DNA of 64,000 bases from contig OZ245817.1 of assembly GCA_965228475.1 (NCBI GenBank), positions 4,832,001 to 4,896,000 on the forward strand, in the 5' to 3' direction. A program made the translations under genes and the position numbers. Shown here one piece after another: positions 41,975 through 51,762 of this stretch (positions are counted from its first letter, which is position 1; each line of letters starts with the position of its first letter). The notes beneath the pieces were generated by a model. It had not been told where the DNA came from. It was given only the letters and a program-made list of their open reading frames with translations, and did no database searches. Source of the stretch: Myxococcota bacterium (GTDB taxonomy: Bacteria > Myxococcota_A > UBA9160 > JAFDDA01).

Positions 41975-43153
41975 TTAGCGCGCGTAGGCGCGCCGCCCGG
42001 CCAGCCAGGTCTCGGCGACGCTGCCGTCTTCGGCGAGCACCACGAAGTCCGCCCGGGCGCCCGGGCGGAGCGTCCCCCGCTCGTTCTCGACGCCGAGCAG
42101 CCGCGCCGGGCGGAGCGTCGCGGCCGCGATGGCCTCGAGGCGCGTCATGGCGCCGAAGCGGCTGGCGTTCGCCACGGCCTCGGCCATCGGGAGCCGGCTC
42201 CCGGCGAGCGTGCCGCCGGGAAGCCGCCAGACCGGCCCGTCCGCGGTCAACGTGCCTTCCCCGAGGAGGCCGCCTTCCTCGGGCGGCTCGATCCGGTCGG
42301 TGATCAAGACGAGCCCTTCTCCCTTGGCCCGGGCGGCGGCCCGGACGGCCGTCGGGTGGACGTGGACGCCGTCGCAGATGAGATCGCAGCTCACCTCCGA
42401 CGCCGCCAGCACCGCGCCGATCGCTCCCGGCGCCCGGTGGTGGAAGCTCCCCATGGCGTTGAAGAGGTGGGTGGCATGACGCACGCCGCGCTCGAACCCG
42501 GCCTCGGCCTGCTCGGCCGCGGCCTGGGTGTGTCCCATCGAGGCCACGACGCCGCGGCGGTCGAGCTCCTTGATCAACGCCTCGCTGCCCGGGAGCTCGG
42601 GAGCCAGCGTCACCATGCGAAGCTTGCCGCCGGCCGCGGCGAAGACGGCCTCCCCCTCCGCGGGCTCGAAGGGCCGGATCCCGGCGGGCGGCTGGGCGCC
42701 CGGCGCACCCGGACTGATCCAGGGCCCTTCGAGGTGGATCCCGAGGACCCCGGCGTGACCCTCGCCCTCGCGGAGCCGGTCCGCGGCCTCCGCCATGGCT
42801 TCGACGCGCGTCACGAGCTCGTCCGGGCCGAGCGCCACGGTGGTGGGCAGGAAGCCGGTCACCCCATGACGCAAGATTGACGCAGCGTCTTGACGCATTG
42901 ACGCTGCAGGTGCGTCAATCGCGTCAAAGATCAGGGCGCCGTGGAAGTGGACGTCGAGGAACCCCGGAGCGAGCGAGCGGCCGGCCAGGTCCACCACCTC
43001 GGCGCCTTCGACGACCTGGCCCGGCGGGAGGGCGGCCGTGATCCGCCCGCCCTCGACGAGCAGCGCGTGCCCCTCATGCGCCTCTCCCGCCTCCGGGTCG
43101 AGGAGGCGGCCCCCCTGGAAAAGCATCCGTTCCACGGCGCGGAACTTAGCCAT
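41975..43153 (-). CDS. nagA: N-acetylglucosamine-6-phosphate deacetylase
   Basis: PGFLDVHFHG, HLEGPW, TLAPE, GH, THLFNAM, DGVHVH, LITD, LAGS. Confidence 0.9.
   Translation of the reverse strand: MAKFRAVERMLFQGGRLLDPEAGEAHEGHALLVEGGRITAALPPGQVVEGAEVVDLAGRSLAPGFLDVHFHGALIFDAIDAPAASMRQDAASILRHGVTGFLPTTVALGPDELVTRVEAMAEAADRLREGEGHAGVLGIHLEGPWISPGAPGAQPPAGIRPFEPAEGEAVFAAAGGKLRMVTLAPELPGSEALIKELDRRGVVASMGHTQAAAEQAEAGFERGVRHATHLFNAMGSFHHRAPGAIGAVLAASEVSCDLICDGVHVHPTAVRAAARAKGEGLVLITDRIEPPEEGGLLGEGTLTADGPVWRLPGGTLAGSRLPMAEAVANASRFGAMTRLEAIAAATLRPARLLGVENERGTLRPGARADFVVLAEDGSVAETWLAGRRAYAR
42867..42926. repeat. Array of TGACGC/GCGTCA motifs inside nagA
   Basis: TGACGC at 42867, 42878, 42891, 42899; GCGTCA at 42912, 42921. 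Confidence 0.8.
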
Positions 43154-43218
43154 TCTGCCTCGCGGGAACCCTCGGACTGCTCAAGTCCCGCGGTGGTGTA
43201 GCCGATATCCCACGAGTC

Positions 43219-43788
43219 ATGGCACGCCCCCTCGGTCACGACATCGAAGAGGATCTCCAGCTTCTCGAGGCGAAGCTGAAGATCGTGAAGTTCCAGTACG
43301 AGCAGTACTTCCTCGGGAACCGCCCACGCGAGCCCCAGATCGAGCGCGGCGAGGTCCAGAAGATCGTCGCCTACTGGTCGAACATGGCCATTCGCAACAC
43401 GGCCATGCGCTTCAAGTTCAACACGCTCTGCTCGCGCTTCTTCACCTTCCGGCGGCAGTGGGACGAGACCGTCCGCAAGATCGAGACGGGCACCTACGCG
43501 CCCCACAACTTCAAGGCGAATCTGAGAAGCGGAGGGCCGCCGAAGCCCCCGGCCGCTCCAGGCGCCGGCGCGGCTCCCGCCACGGACGACATCTTCGACG
43601 CCTACCTCGAGGCGCGGCGCTCCTGCGGTGAGGGCACCGAGGGGCTCACCAAGGCGAAGCTCGACCAGGTGCTGAAGAAGCAGGAAGACGCGATCCGCAG
43701 CAAGTACGAATGCCAGTCGGTGAAGTTCCGCGTCGTCGTCGAGAACGGCAAGACGAAATTGAAAGCGAGCCCGGTGAAGGCCGCCTGA
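43219..43788 (+). CDS. Protein resembling the MXAN_5187 C-terminal domain
   Basis: YEQYFLG..P.EP, IRNTAMRFKFNTL..RF....WD...R.IE.G, C-terminal FRVVVENGKTKLKA; recognised from memory. Confidence 0.65.
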   Translation: MARPLGHDIEEDLQLLEAKLKIVKFQYEQYFLGNRPREPQIERGEVQKIVAYWSNMAIRNTAMRFKFNTLCSRFFTFRRQWDETVRKIETGTYAPHNFKANLRSGGPPKPPAAPGAGAAPATDDIFDAYLEARRSCGEGTEGLTKAKLDQVLKKQEDAIRSKYECQSVKFRVVVENGKTKLKASPVKAA

Positions 43789-43860
43789 TCGAAACCCCCC
43801 GCGGCCGAGCGCCCATCCGCGAGGCGCCGGCGCGACAAGCTCCCCGGAGTCCCCCCCACC

Positions 43861-45084
43861 ATGAGGATTGCCCTCAGCGCCATCGGAACGCGCGGCGACG
43901 TGCAGCCCATGCTCGCGCTCGGGCTCGCCCTGCGCGCGCGCGGCCACGACGTCCGCATGTGCGCGCCGCCGGATTTTCGCGACCTCGTGTACGACGTCGG
44001 CCTGCCCTTCGTCGCCGTCGGCCACGACGTCCACGAGCTGCTCACCGTCCAGTGCCCGGACATCGCCCGCAACCCGCTCGCCCCGCTGCGCGTGATGGAC
44101 GACATCATCCGCCACCAGTTCGACGACCTGCGAAAGGGCTGCGAAGGCGCCGAGGTCCTGGTCGGAGCGGGCATCCAGACCGCCGGCCCCTCGATCGCCG
44201 AGCAGCTCGGAATCCCCTACTTCTACACGGCCTACTGCCCGGTCGTGCTGCGCTCGCGTGAGCACCCGGCGCCGGTGTTCCAGCGCCAGGACCGCCCGGG
44301 TTGGGTGAACCGGCTCTCCTGGTGGGCGTGCGAGCGCTTCTTCAACCTCGCCATGCGGCGCACGGTGAACCGCGAGCGGAAGAACCTCGGCCTCGGTCCC
44401 GTGCGCAGCGTCTACGAAGAAGCCTTCCTCTCGGGCAGGATGCTCCTCGCCACGGACCGCCTGCTGACCCCGGCGCCCCAGGACTCGGACCACGACGTCA
44501 CGACCACGGGCTTCTGGTTCTACGACGATCCGGCCGGCCTCGAGCCGCTCGACGCCGAGCTCGAAGCCTTCCTCGCCGACGGTGCGCCGCCGATCTTCGT
44601 CGGCTTCGGCAGCATGCCCGCCGAAGACGCGGAAGACGTCACCCGCAAGGTCATCGAAGCGGTCGTCGCCTCCGGACAGCGGGCCGTCCTGCAGCGCGGC
44701 TGGGCCGGCCTCGGCGAGGGCGCGCTCCCGCCCCAGGTCCGCCTCGTCGGGGCGGTGAACCACGGGAAGCTCTTCCCGCGCGTCGCTGCCATCGTCCACC
44801 ACGGCGGGGCCGGAACCACCGCGAGCGCCCTGCGCGCCGGGGTTCCGCAGGTCGTGGTGCCCCACGCCGTCGACCAGTTCTACTGGGCCGAGCGCGTGTT
44901 CAAGCTCGGCGTCGGCCCGCGCGCCATGGCCATGAAGGACCTCACGGCCTCGCGCCTCGCCCGCGCGATCCGGCTCGCCGCCCAGAGCGCGGGCATGCGC
45001 GACCGCGCCAGCGAAGTCGCCGCACTCATGGAACCGCGCAGCGGCGTCGAGAATGCGATCGCCGCGATCGAGGCCGAGCTCTAG
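43861..45084 (+). CDS. GT1 glycosyltransferase (sterol/glycopeptide GT-like)
   Basis: GTRGDVQP, GFGSM, HHGGAGTT, DQ. Confidence 0.9.
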   Translation: MRIALSAIGTRGDVQPMLALGLALRARGHDVRMCAPPDFRDLVYDVGLPFVAVGHDVHELLTVQCPDIARNPLAPLRVMDDIIRHQFDDLRKGCEGAEVLVGAGIQTAGPSIAEQLGIPYFYTAYCPVVLRSREHPAPVFQRQDRPGWVNRLSWWACERFFNLAMRRTVNRERKNLGLGPVRSVYEEAFLSGRMLLATDRLLTPAPQDSDHDVTTTGFWFYDDPAGLEPLDAELEAFLADGAPPIFVGFGSMPAEDAEDVTRKVIEAVVASGQRAVLQRGWAGLGEGALPPQVRLVGAVNHGKLFPRVAAIVHHGGAGTTASALRAGVPQVVVPHAVDQFYWAERVFKLGVGPRAMAMKDLTASRLARAIRLAAQSAGMRDRASEVAALMEPRSGVENAIAAIEAEL

Positions 45085-45107
45085 GCGGAGACGCCGGGGC
45101 GGGTTTC

Positions 45108-46217
45108 CTAGCGCGCGCCGTCGAGCAGGCCCTCGAAGCCGCTCGGTTCGTGCGGCCCGATGATCAGCTGCTCGAGCACGCCGATGCCCTCGCGATCCCC
45201 CATGCGGGCGCGCACGAGCTGCTGCACGTGGATGTGCCGCGGGTCGAGGGGGTCGAGCTTCTCGACGTCCCAGCGCTCGCCGCCGACCGCCTCCTCGCCG
45301 CGCCACATGCCGTGGCCCCAGTCCGTCGAGAAGTACCCGATGCCGAGCATCTGGAAGGTCAGGATCGGCTCGAGCGTGATCACGCGGTCTTCGTCGAGCC
45401 GGAAGGTCGCGGCACGCGAGCGCCGCGTGCCGGCTTCGAACTCGATGGAATGGCGCGGCTGCCGGAGGTGCTCGATCCGCGCCTCGCGGTCTTCGCTCGC
45501 GTCGACCTGGGAGGCCCAGGTCGGAACGACGGCGCCGTGTTCGTGCCAGCCGTGGCCCGTCTCGTCCTGGAAGGTCCCGACGAGCGTGCAGACGTCGTCG
45601 AACTGGATGGGCGCCCAGACCCAGTAGAGCTGGGGGCTCGGCGCCGGCGGGCCGACGCTCGGGCGCTCGCCGACCGGGCGCACGCCCCAGGAGCGATCGC
45701 GACAGCCGAGCACGGCATCGTCGTCGATCTCGATGCGTTCGCCGTCCACGACGAGCTCGCCGCTCCAGGTGCCGAACTGGGTGAACCGCGTCGAGTCCAT
45801 CACGCGCCGGCCGGCGACCTGCCGGATCACGCGCGGCTCCTCGATCGCCTCGGCCCGCGCGGTGAAGCGCAGCTCGCCGGCGATGCCGAACTCGTTGTCC
45901 GCGACGTGCAGCACGAGCACGCGCATCGGGTCTTCGACGTCGACGCGGATCGGGCCGACCGCCGTCTCCGTGCGCTCGACCGGTGCCATGCGCGACGCAC
46001 GCAGCACGAACTGCTGCCCGCCACGCACGACGCTCACGGACGCGTCCATCACCTGGCGATTCGGATAGACCCCGAGCGCAGCCGCGAAGAACAGCGAGCC
46101 GTCCCGCGTGTAGCCGTTGAAGAAGTAGCGGTCGTAGAAGTTCGGATCCGAGGTCGCCGCATGCGCGATCGGAACCGGTGTCTGGTGGATCGGATAGTCG
46201 TCGAGGCGGTTCAGCAC
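45108..46217 (-). CDS. Conserved hypothetical protein
   Basis: 369-aa ORF with normal codon usage; DDYPIHQT, NFYDRYFFNG, RDRSWGVRPVG. Confidence 0.7.
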   Translation of the reverse strand: MLNRLDDYPIHQTPVPIAHAATSDPNFYDRYFFNGYTRDGSLFFAAALGVYPNRQVMDASVSVVRGGQQFVLRASRMAPVERTETAVGPIRVDVEDPMRVLVLHVADNEFGIAGELRFTARAEAIEEPRVIRQVAGRRVMDSTRFTQFGTWSGELVVDGERIEIDDDAVLGCRDRSWGVRPVGERPSVGPPAPSPQLYWVWAPIQFDDVCTLVGTFQDETGHGWHEHGAVVPTWASQVDASEDREARIEHLRQPRHSIEFEAGTRRSRAATFRLDEDRVITLEPILTFQMLGIGYFSTDWGHGMWRGEEAVGGERWDVEKLDPLDPRHIHVQQLVRARMGDREGIGVLEQLIIGPHEPSGFEGLLDGAR

Positions 46218-46258
46218 GCGCCAAGCTTCGCAGGCCCACCCGGCCCCTTCAAGCCGCT

Positions 46259-49200
46259 TCAGCGCTGGGCGACTTCGAGCGCCGATTCTCGCAGCCGGGT
46301 GAACGCCAGGCCGAGCACCTCGGCGTGGGCGAAGCTCTCCCGTGCCAGTTCGAGCGCCCGAGGCTCGTCGCCCGTTCCGAGGGCCAGCGAGGCCTCGGTA
46401 GCGAGGGTCGAGGCACGCCAGATCGGTGACCGCAGCCCCTCGCCCACACGAGCCGCCTGCTCGAGATGGCCGTGCATGGCGTCCCAGTCTTCGCGGCAGT
46501 GATCGAGGAGCGCAAGGAAGAGCGCAACCGGCCCGTGAACGTAGTGGCCGTGCGCCAGGATCGCGACATGCTCGGACCGTGGCGCGAGGTGCATGGAAAG
46601 CGGCTCGGCCCGCTTTCGATCTTCCAGGATCGAACAGGCTTCGGCGAGCAGGCAGAGGGTGAATACCCAGCTCTCCCGGCCGACGATGCCCTCGAAAGCG
46701 TCACTCCCGAGCGCAGCGAAGCGGGCCTCGGCCCGTCGCGTTTGCCCGCCTTCGAGCAACGCGAGGACCTCCGCGCCGCGCACGGCCGGGAAGTCCGGAA
46801 GCGAATCGACGATCTGGTCGAGCGCGGGAAGCAGCTCGGCGAGACGGCCCTGCTGGTAGCGCGTCGTGGCGATCATCCCGATCTGTCCGGCCGCCGCGAA
46901 CCGGGGGCCTTCTTCGTCCCCGAAGGCTTCCTGGGTGAGGCGCTCGGCCTCGTCGAGTTCACCGTCGAGAAGGCGGAGCCCCGCCGCCAGCGAGGGGGGG
47001 ACGTACCGGAAGTAGCGGGACCCGGTCTTCTGGATCAGCCGCGCGATGTTGTCGCGTTCGGACTCGGCTTCGTCCCGGCGAGCGAGCTCCATCAAGGCGC
47101 CGAAGCGCTGGAGGGCTGCGAACAGTTCGAACGAAGGCGCACGGCCGGAACGAGCGAGGGCGACCGCTTCATCGAGGCCGCGCAGGCGCTCCCCGGGCAG
47201 CACCTCTCGCCGCAGGCGCGAGACCGCGACCTTCGCCGAGAGCGCCATCGACTGCCAGGCCTTCGGCCCGACCCGAGCGGCCTCGGCACATTGCTCGGCG
47301 AGTTCGCGCGCACGCTCGAGCTCCCCGGCCTGGCTCTCGTGGAGCGCGAGATGCGCGGTCAACCAGACGCGGACCGCGCCGGCGTCCTGCTCGAGTCCGC
47401 CCAACGCCTCGTGGAGGCGCTCCACTCGATCCGGATCACTGCTGATCGCCCCGAGCTCGGTGCTCCCCATGACCGCGACCGCGAACAGGGTCGGACTCCC
47501 CGCCGCACGCGCGACCTTCGCCGCTTCGTCGAGGATCGCGTGGCCTTCCCGGTGCCGCCCCGCACCCTGCAGTGCGAACCCCTCCCCGACGAGGAGCTCG
47601 GCGGCGAGAGCCGCTGGCGACTCCTCGACCCACGCGAGCAACTCGAGAGCTTGCCGGAAGTAGGCAGCCGCCTCGTCGAAGGCGTAGGCCTCCCGAGCCA
47701 GTTCGCCCGCCCGCTTGGCGAACTCCACCGCCCGCATGCCTTCCACCAAAGGGGCCGCTTCTCCGAAGTGGTAGGCAAGCGTGGTCATGACGGTATCGAG
47801 CCGCGCGGTGTTGAGGTCGTGAATGGCCTCGCCGAGGCGTAGATGTCGTTCGACGCGGTCGCCCTCGACCAGCTCGCTCGCGATCACCTCCCGCTGGAGA
47901 TCGTGGCAGAACCGGTAGGAGAACTCGCCTTCGCCTCGCTCGATGACGCGAGCGCGCACCGCCTCTCCGAACGAAGCCACGAGTCCCTTCCTCTCCTGCC
48001 GGGAAGCGCGGGCGACCCAGGCGACGGGGAAGTCGCGGCCGATCAATGCGCCATAGGACAGGGCTTCCCGGCAACCGGAGGAGAGCTCCTCGAGGCGCTG
48101 TCGAAGCGCGGCGTGGAGCCCGGCCGGCGTCTCGTCGAGCAGGGAATCGAGCCGCGCCTCGCCGCCCGGCCCCTCCGCGGCAGCATCTCCCAGTTGGGAG
48201 ACGAAGTAGGGATTGCCACCGGTCCGGTCGGCCAACCGTCCGATGAACTCCTGCGATGGGTGAAGACCCGAGCGTGCCTCGAAGAGCTTCGCAACGCTGG
48301 GCCCGTCGAGCGGTTCCAGGAGGATGCGGCGGAGCTGGCTGCTGCGTGATGCCTCGGCAGCGACGTCGCCGATGGCCTGGAACGTCGCATCGCCCGGAGA
48401 GGAGACGCGAGCCGTTGCGACGATCAGGACGCGCGAGGCGCCGATGGCCGAGACCACGTGGGCCAGCCCGCGCAGCGAAGAGCGGTCCGCCCACTGAAGG
48501 TCTTCGAGCACCAACACTCGGACCTCCTCACGAGCTGCGCGGAGAACGAGCTGCGCGAGCGCCTCCTGGAACCGGAACCGGGCGTCTTCGGGCAGGCCCT
48601 CTTCCGGCCTCGCGTCGGGCGTCAGCGGAAGATCGGGGAGGACACGGGCCAGCTCGCGCGCTTCTGCGCCGAGCGAACGCTCGATGCGCTCGGGGCCCTC
48701 CGCCTCGAAGAGCCCCCGAAGGATCTGCCTCCAGAGCCACAACGAGGGCGCTCCCGCCTCGCGGTGGGCTCGGGCCCAGTGCACGAAGGCCCCCGCATCC
48801 TCCGCCTCTGCGGCGATGGCCTGCGCGAGCCGGGTCTTGCCGATGCCGGGCTCGCCTTCGACGAGCACCAGGCCGCCGCGACCGGCCAGCGCGGCCGCGA
48901 ACGCCGACGAGAGTTGGACCCGCTCGGACTCGCGGCCGATGAGCCGATCCGGGTTCGACCCGCGCGGGCTCGGGCCGGGCGGAGAGGCAGCGGGCTCCCG
49001 TCGAGGGTCCTCGAAAGTCTCCGCGACGAAGCGGAGGCCCGCGCCCCGCAGGGTCTGGATCGATCCGTCCGGCTGGCCCTCCTCTCCGAGCGCCTTGCGA
49101 ACCTTGAAGACCGCGCGCGAGAGCGCGTGGTCGCTGATGACGATGCCGGGCCAGAGCGTTTCGAACAGCTCTTCGCGGCGAACGACCCGGTCGCGATGCC

Positions 49201-49387
49201 GCGCCAGGAAGAGCAGCAGGCCGAAGGGCTTGGGTTCGAGAGGGATCGGCTCCCCGCCGTCCCGGAGCTCGAAGAGCGCCTCGTCGAGTTCGAAGCGCCC
49301 ACCCGGCCCGAAGCGGAGATGGATCGGATCGTCACGCATCCGGGAGACCTCGGGGTGGCGGCCGTGTTCCGCCGGCAAGACCTGCAA
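46259..49387 (-). CDS. Transcriptional regulator: N-terminal OmpR/CadC-type wHTH, AAA/STAND ATPase, TPR-like region
   Basis: L..F.LL..L..HRDRVV.REEL...LW; Walker A GEPGIGKT; Walker B LVLEDLQWAD; GGNPYF; start may be 49339. Confidence 0.85.
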   Translation of the reverse strand: MQVLPAEHGRHPEVSRMRDDPIHLRFGPGGRFELDEALFELRDGGEPIPLEPKPFGLLLFLARHRDRVVRREELFETLWPGIVISDHALSRAVFKVRKALGEEGQPDGSIQTLRGAGLRFVAETFEDPRREPAASPPGPSPRGSNPDRLIGRESERVQLSSAFAAALAGRGGLVLVEGEPGIGKTRLAQAIAAEAEDAGAFVHWARAHREAGAPSLWLWRQILRGLFEAEGPERIERSLGAEARELARVLPDLPLTPDARPEEGLPEDARFRFQEALAQLVLRAAREEVRVLVLEDLQWADRSSLRGLAHVVSAIGASRVLIVATARVSSPGDATFQAIGDVAAEASRSSQLRRILLEPLDGPSVAKLFEARSGLHPSQEFIGRLADRTGGNPYFVSQLGDAAAEGPGGEARLDSLLDETPAGLHAALRQRLEELSSGCREALSYGALIGRDFPVAWVARASRQERKGLVASFGEAVRARVIERGEGEFSYRFCHDLQREVIASELVEGDRVERHLRLGEAIHDLNTARLDTVMTTLAYHFGEAAPLVEGMRAVEFAKRAGELAREAYAFDEAAAYFRQALELLAWVEESPAALAAELLVGEGFALQGAGRHREGHAILDEAAKVARAAGSPTLFAVAVMGSTELGAISSDPDRVERLHEALGGLEQDAGAVRVWLTAHLALHESQAGELERARELAEQCAEAARVGPKAWQSMALSAKVAVSRLRREVLPGERLRGLDEAVALARSGRAPSFELFAALQRFGALMELARRDEAESERDNIARLIQKTGSRYFRYVPPSLAAGLRLLDGELDEAERLTQEAFGDEEGPRFAAAGQIGMIATTRYQQGRLAELLPALDQIVDSLPDFPAVRGAEVLALLEGGQTRRAEARFAALGSDAFEGIVGRESWVFTLCLLAEACSILEDRKRAEPLSMHLAPRSEHVAILAHGHYVHGPVALFLALLDHCREDWDAMHGHLEQAARVGEGLRSPIWRASTLATEASLALGTGDEPRALELARESFAHAEVLGLAFTRLRESALEVAQR

Positions 49388-49394
49388 GCCTACC

Positions 49395-49592
49395 TCAGGG
49401 CTCTTCGTCTCGTGTGGGATCGCGCCGGGCTGCGGAACCCCCGGCAGGGCCGACGGGTGTACCCATCAGCGCTCCACCGGCGAGCTGCTGCAGGAGCTGC
49501 AACACGATCGTTTCGTGGAGCGGGTCGGCGCTCTCGGGACGCGGCGCGTCCCGCTCGGCGTCCCTCTCGTACTCGCTGTCGCGGCGCTTCAT
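49395..49592 (-). CDS. Possible small protein (65 aa)
   Basis: ATG with GGAG upstream; MKRRDSEYERD...; no recognisable domain. Confidence 0.3.
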   Translation of the reverse strand: MKRRDSEYERDAERDAPRPESADPLHETIVLQLLQQLAGGALMGTPVGPAGGSAARRDPTRDEEP

Positions 49593-49686
49593 CTGGACGT
49601 CTCCGATGGGAACCCGGTGGCGAAAGAAGCCCGGGCACGCGCTCCGGGAAGCGATCTCCCCGGAGCACGTGCCTCGGACCGGCGGC

Positions 49687-50460
49687 TCAGGACCGGCGGC
49701 GGCCCGTGAGCGCCAGGCCCAGCAGTCCGGAACCCAGCAGGAGCATCGTTCCCGGCTCGGGAACGAACGCCAGCGCGGCGATCCCGTTGGCGGAGCTGCC
49801 ATCGATGAGGGTGTGTGCGCCCGTGAGCTTGTCGATCTCGAAGAACCGGTCGGGGATGAGGAGGCCGCCGTTCAGGCCACCGTAGAGGCGGCCGGTCGTC
49901 GGATCGATCGCCATGCCTTCGGTCCCGTAGGTGCCCGTCCCGATGTGCGTCAACGCGCCCGTGACGGTGTCGATCGTGTAGAGATCGTCGAGGTCGGCCG
50001 CGTACATGGTGTCCGTCGAAGCGTCGTAGGCGAGGGCCCTGATGTTGATGGACGTCACGGCGATGTTCGTCATCGCGCCGGTCGTCGGGTCGTCGATCCG
50101 GAAGAAGCGATTGCCGCTCGAGTTGCCGCCGTAGAGAACGCCGCCAGCACCATAGGAGAGCGCGTTGATGTCGAACGTCGGCGTGGAATCGATGTTCGTC
50201 ATCTCGCCGGTGTTGAGATCGATACTGAAGTAGCGCGAGTGGTTTCCGGCATAGGCAATCCCGCTGGTTCCGTCCGCGGCCATGCCGCGGATGTCGTACT
50301 GGGTACTGCCGCCGATCTGCGTCTGCGGGTCGCCGTCGGTGAGATCATCGATCGTGAAGAGCGGGTTGCCGGAGGTGTTGCCACCGTAGAGAATCGGTGC
50401 AGCCTGGGCGCTGCCGGCCAACAGGAGCGGCAGAGCCACCAACAGGGTTCGAAGCTTCAT
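49687..50460 (-). CDS. PEP-CTERM surface protein with beta-propeller-like repeats
   Basis: Signal peptide; repeated LYG...F.ID..TG..T.I; VPEPGT, TM helix and RRR. Confidence 0.88.
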   Translation of the reverse strand: MKLRTLLVALPLLLAGSAQAAPILYGGNTSGNPLFTIDDLTDGDPQTQIGGSTQYDIRGMAADGTSGIAYAGNHSRYFSIDLNTGEMTNIDSTPTFDINALSYGAGGVLYGGNSSGNRFFRIDDPTTGAMTNIAVTSINIRALAYDASTDTMYAADLDDLYTIDTVTGALTHIGTGTYGTEGMAIDPTTGRLYGGLNGGLLIPDRFFEIDKLTGAHTLIDGSSANGIAALAFVPEPGTMLLLGSGLLGLALTGRRRS

Positions 50461-50691
50461 CGTGCAATCCTTCCCAAGATTGGAGAGCCGTTCGGATGCC
50501 GGAACGTCCGGCGGCCGGAAGCCGGGGTTCCCGGCCTTGGCTCATCGCCCGGGGAGGTTGCGTTGGCAGGACCGTGAGGTCGGCCAGGCCCCTTCCCGGG
50601 ACGCCGGCGACCTTCCCATTTGTGCGGGTTCCTTGCCTGACGGCTGGCAGACCTTTACGTCCCGGCGCACCAAACCGGAGGTCAGGGCGGG

Positions 50692-51762
50692 CTACCGGGG
50701 CGGGCGGATGCCTCTCGACCGGGGCTCTTCGGCGGGCTTCATCGTGCCCGGCGTCCCGTCCGCGGCGTCGCCGCGGTCTCCGGCGTCGAGCTTCGGCGTC
50801 ACCGGGCCCGATCCGGTGGGGGCGAGGACGCCGGGATTCCCGGATTTCATCGTGCCGCCATGCCCTCGCGCGGCGCGGCTCGGGTCGAGCATCTGACGCA
50901 CGGGCGGGGCGTCGGGGTGTGCCTGCGTCCCGAGCTTCGCCCCGTGACAGCGGAGGAAGCCGTTCTCGTTGCTGATGTCCAGCGAGCAGGTCGCGAACTG
51001 ATTCAGCGAGGCTTCGTTCCACTGATTCGTCGTTCGCTTGCAGGTCGCCTCGAGGAGCGTCCCCGTCGTGGTCGGATTGTGGCAGCTCGCCGTGTACGAT
51101 CCCGCGGGCGGAATCGTCGTGCCGCGGCCGCACGAGAGGTTTCCGAAGACGTTCGAGACCGGCGTCCGGCAGGTGGTGAAGTCGAAGTTTCGATTCCACA
51201 GCCGGAGGGACCCGGCGCCGACCAGACACCCCGCGTGAAGCCCCGAGGCCGTGACGTAGGTGTTGACGCAGCTCTGGCGGTAGGAGCCCGGTGGCAGACC
51301 CGCCGGATCGTACTCGCAGACCAGCGCGCCGCCCTCGTTGTGGATGGGACCGACGCACCGATCGGTGGCGTAGAGATGCGTCGGCCTCCAGAACCCGTCG
51401 CGGTCCCGGCACTCGGCGGTCAGGGTCGTCCCCGATTGCTGGATTCCTCGGCACGTCCGGGTGTAGGACCCCTGGGGCGGCGGGTCCTTGGGGCAGGCGA
51501 GCGTTCCGTTCTGGTTCGAGATGTCACCGCCGCACTCGCCGACGTGATGGAGGTCCGACTTCTTGAAGGAGCCGTCGGTCCGCCGACAGTCGGCGACGAG
51601 AATGCGGTTGTAGTAGAGGTCGTCGCCGAGTGGCCGGAATTGGATGAAGGCGTTCCGGCAGGTTTGCTGGTACGAACCCGACGGGACGCCGTAGTCCTGG
51701 GCCGAGGCGACCCCGGCGAGGAGCAGGGCTGCCAGGAGGAAGACGGATGCGGGGCGGTTCAT
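50692..51762 (-). CDS. Secreted CVNH (cyanovirin-N-like) repeat protein
   Basis: Four P.GSY..(T/S)C repeats, each ending in an (I/V)..N..G.L.C motif; signal peptide. Confidence 0.8.
   Translation of the reverse strand: MNRPASVFLLAALLLAGVASAQDYGVPSGSYQQTCRNAFIQFRPLGDDLYYNRILVADCRRTDGSFKKSDLHHVGECGGDISNQNGTLACPKDPPPQGSYTRTCRGIQQSGTTLTAECRDRDGFWRPTHLYATDRCVGPIHNEGGALVCEYDPAGLPPGSYRQSCVNTYVTASGLHAGCLVGAGSLRLWNRNFDFTTCRTPVSNVFGNLSCGRGTTIPPAGSYTASCHNPTTTGTLLEATCKRTTNQWNEASLNQFATCSLDISNENGFLRCHGAKLGTQAHPDAPPVRQMLDPSRAARGHGGTMKSGNPGVLAPTGSGPVTPKLDAGDRGDAADGTPGTMKPAEEPRSRGIRPPR

Noticed and set aside
42867..42926. TGACGC array as a CRISPR or iteron array
   Set aside because: Units are 6-8 bp with irregular spacing; no spacers, cas or rep gene.
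50613..50628. Sigma54 promoter for the PEP-CTERM gene (AGGCAAGGAACCCGCA, approximate position)
   Set aside because: Only the GG/GC dinucleotides match and TTGC is missing.
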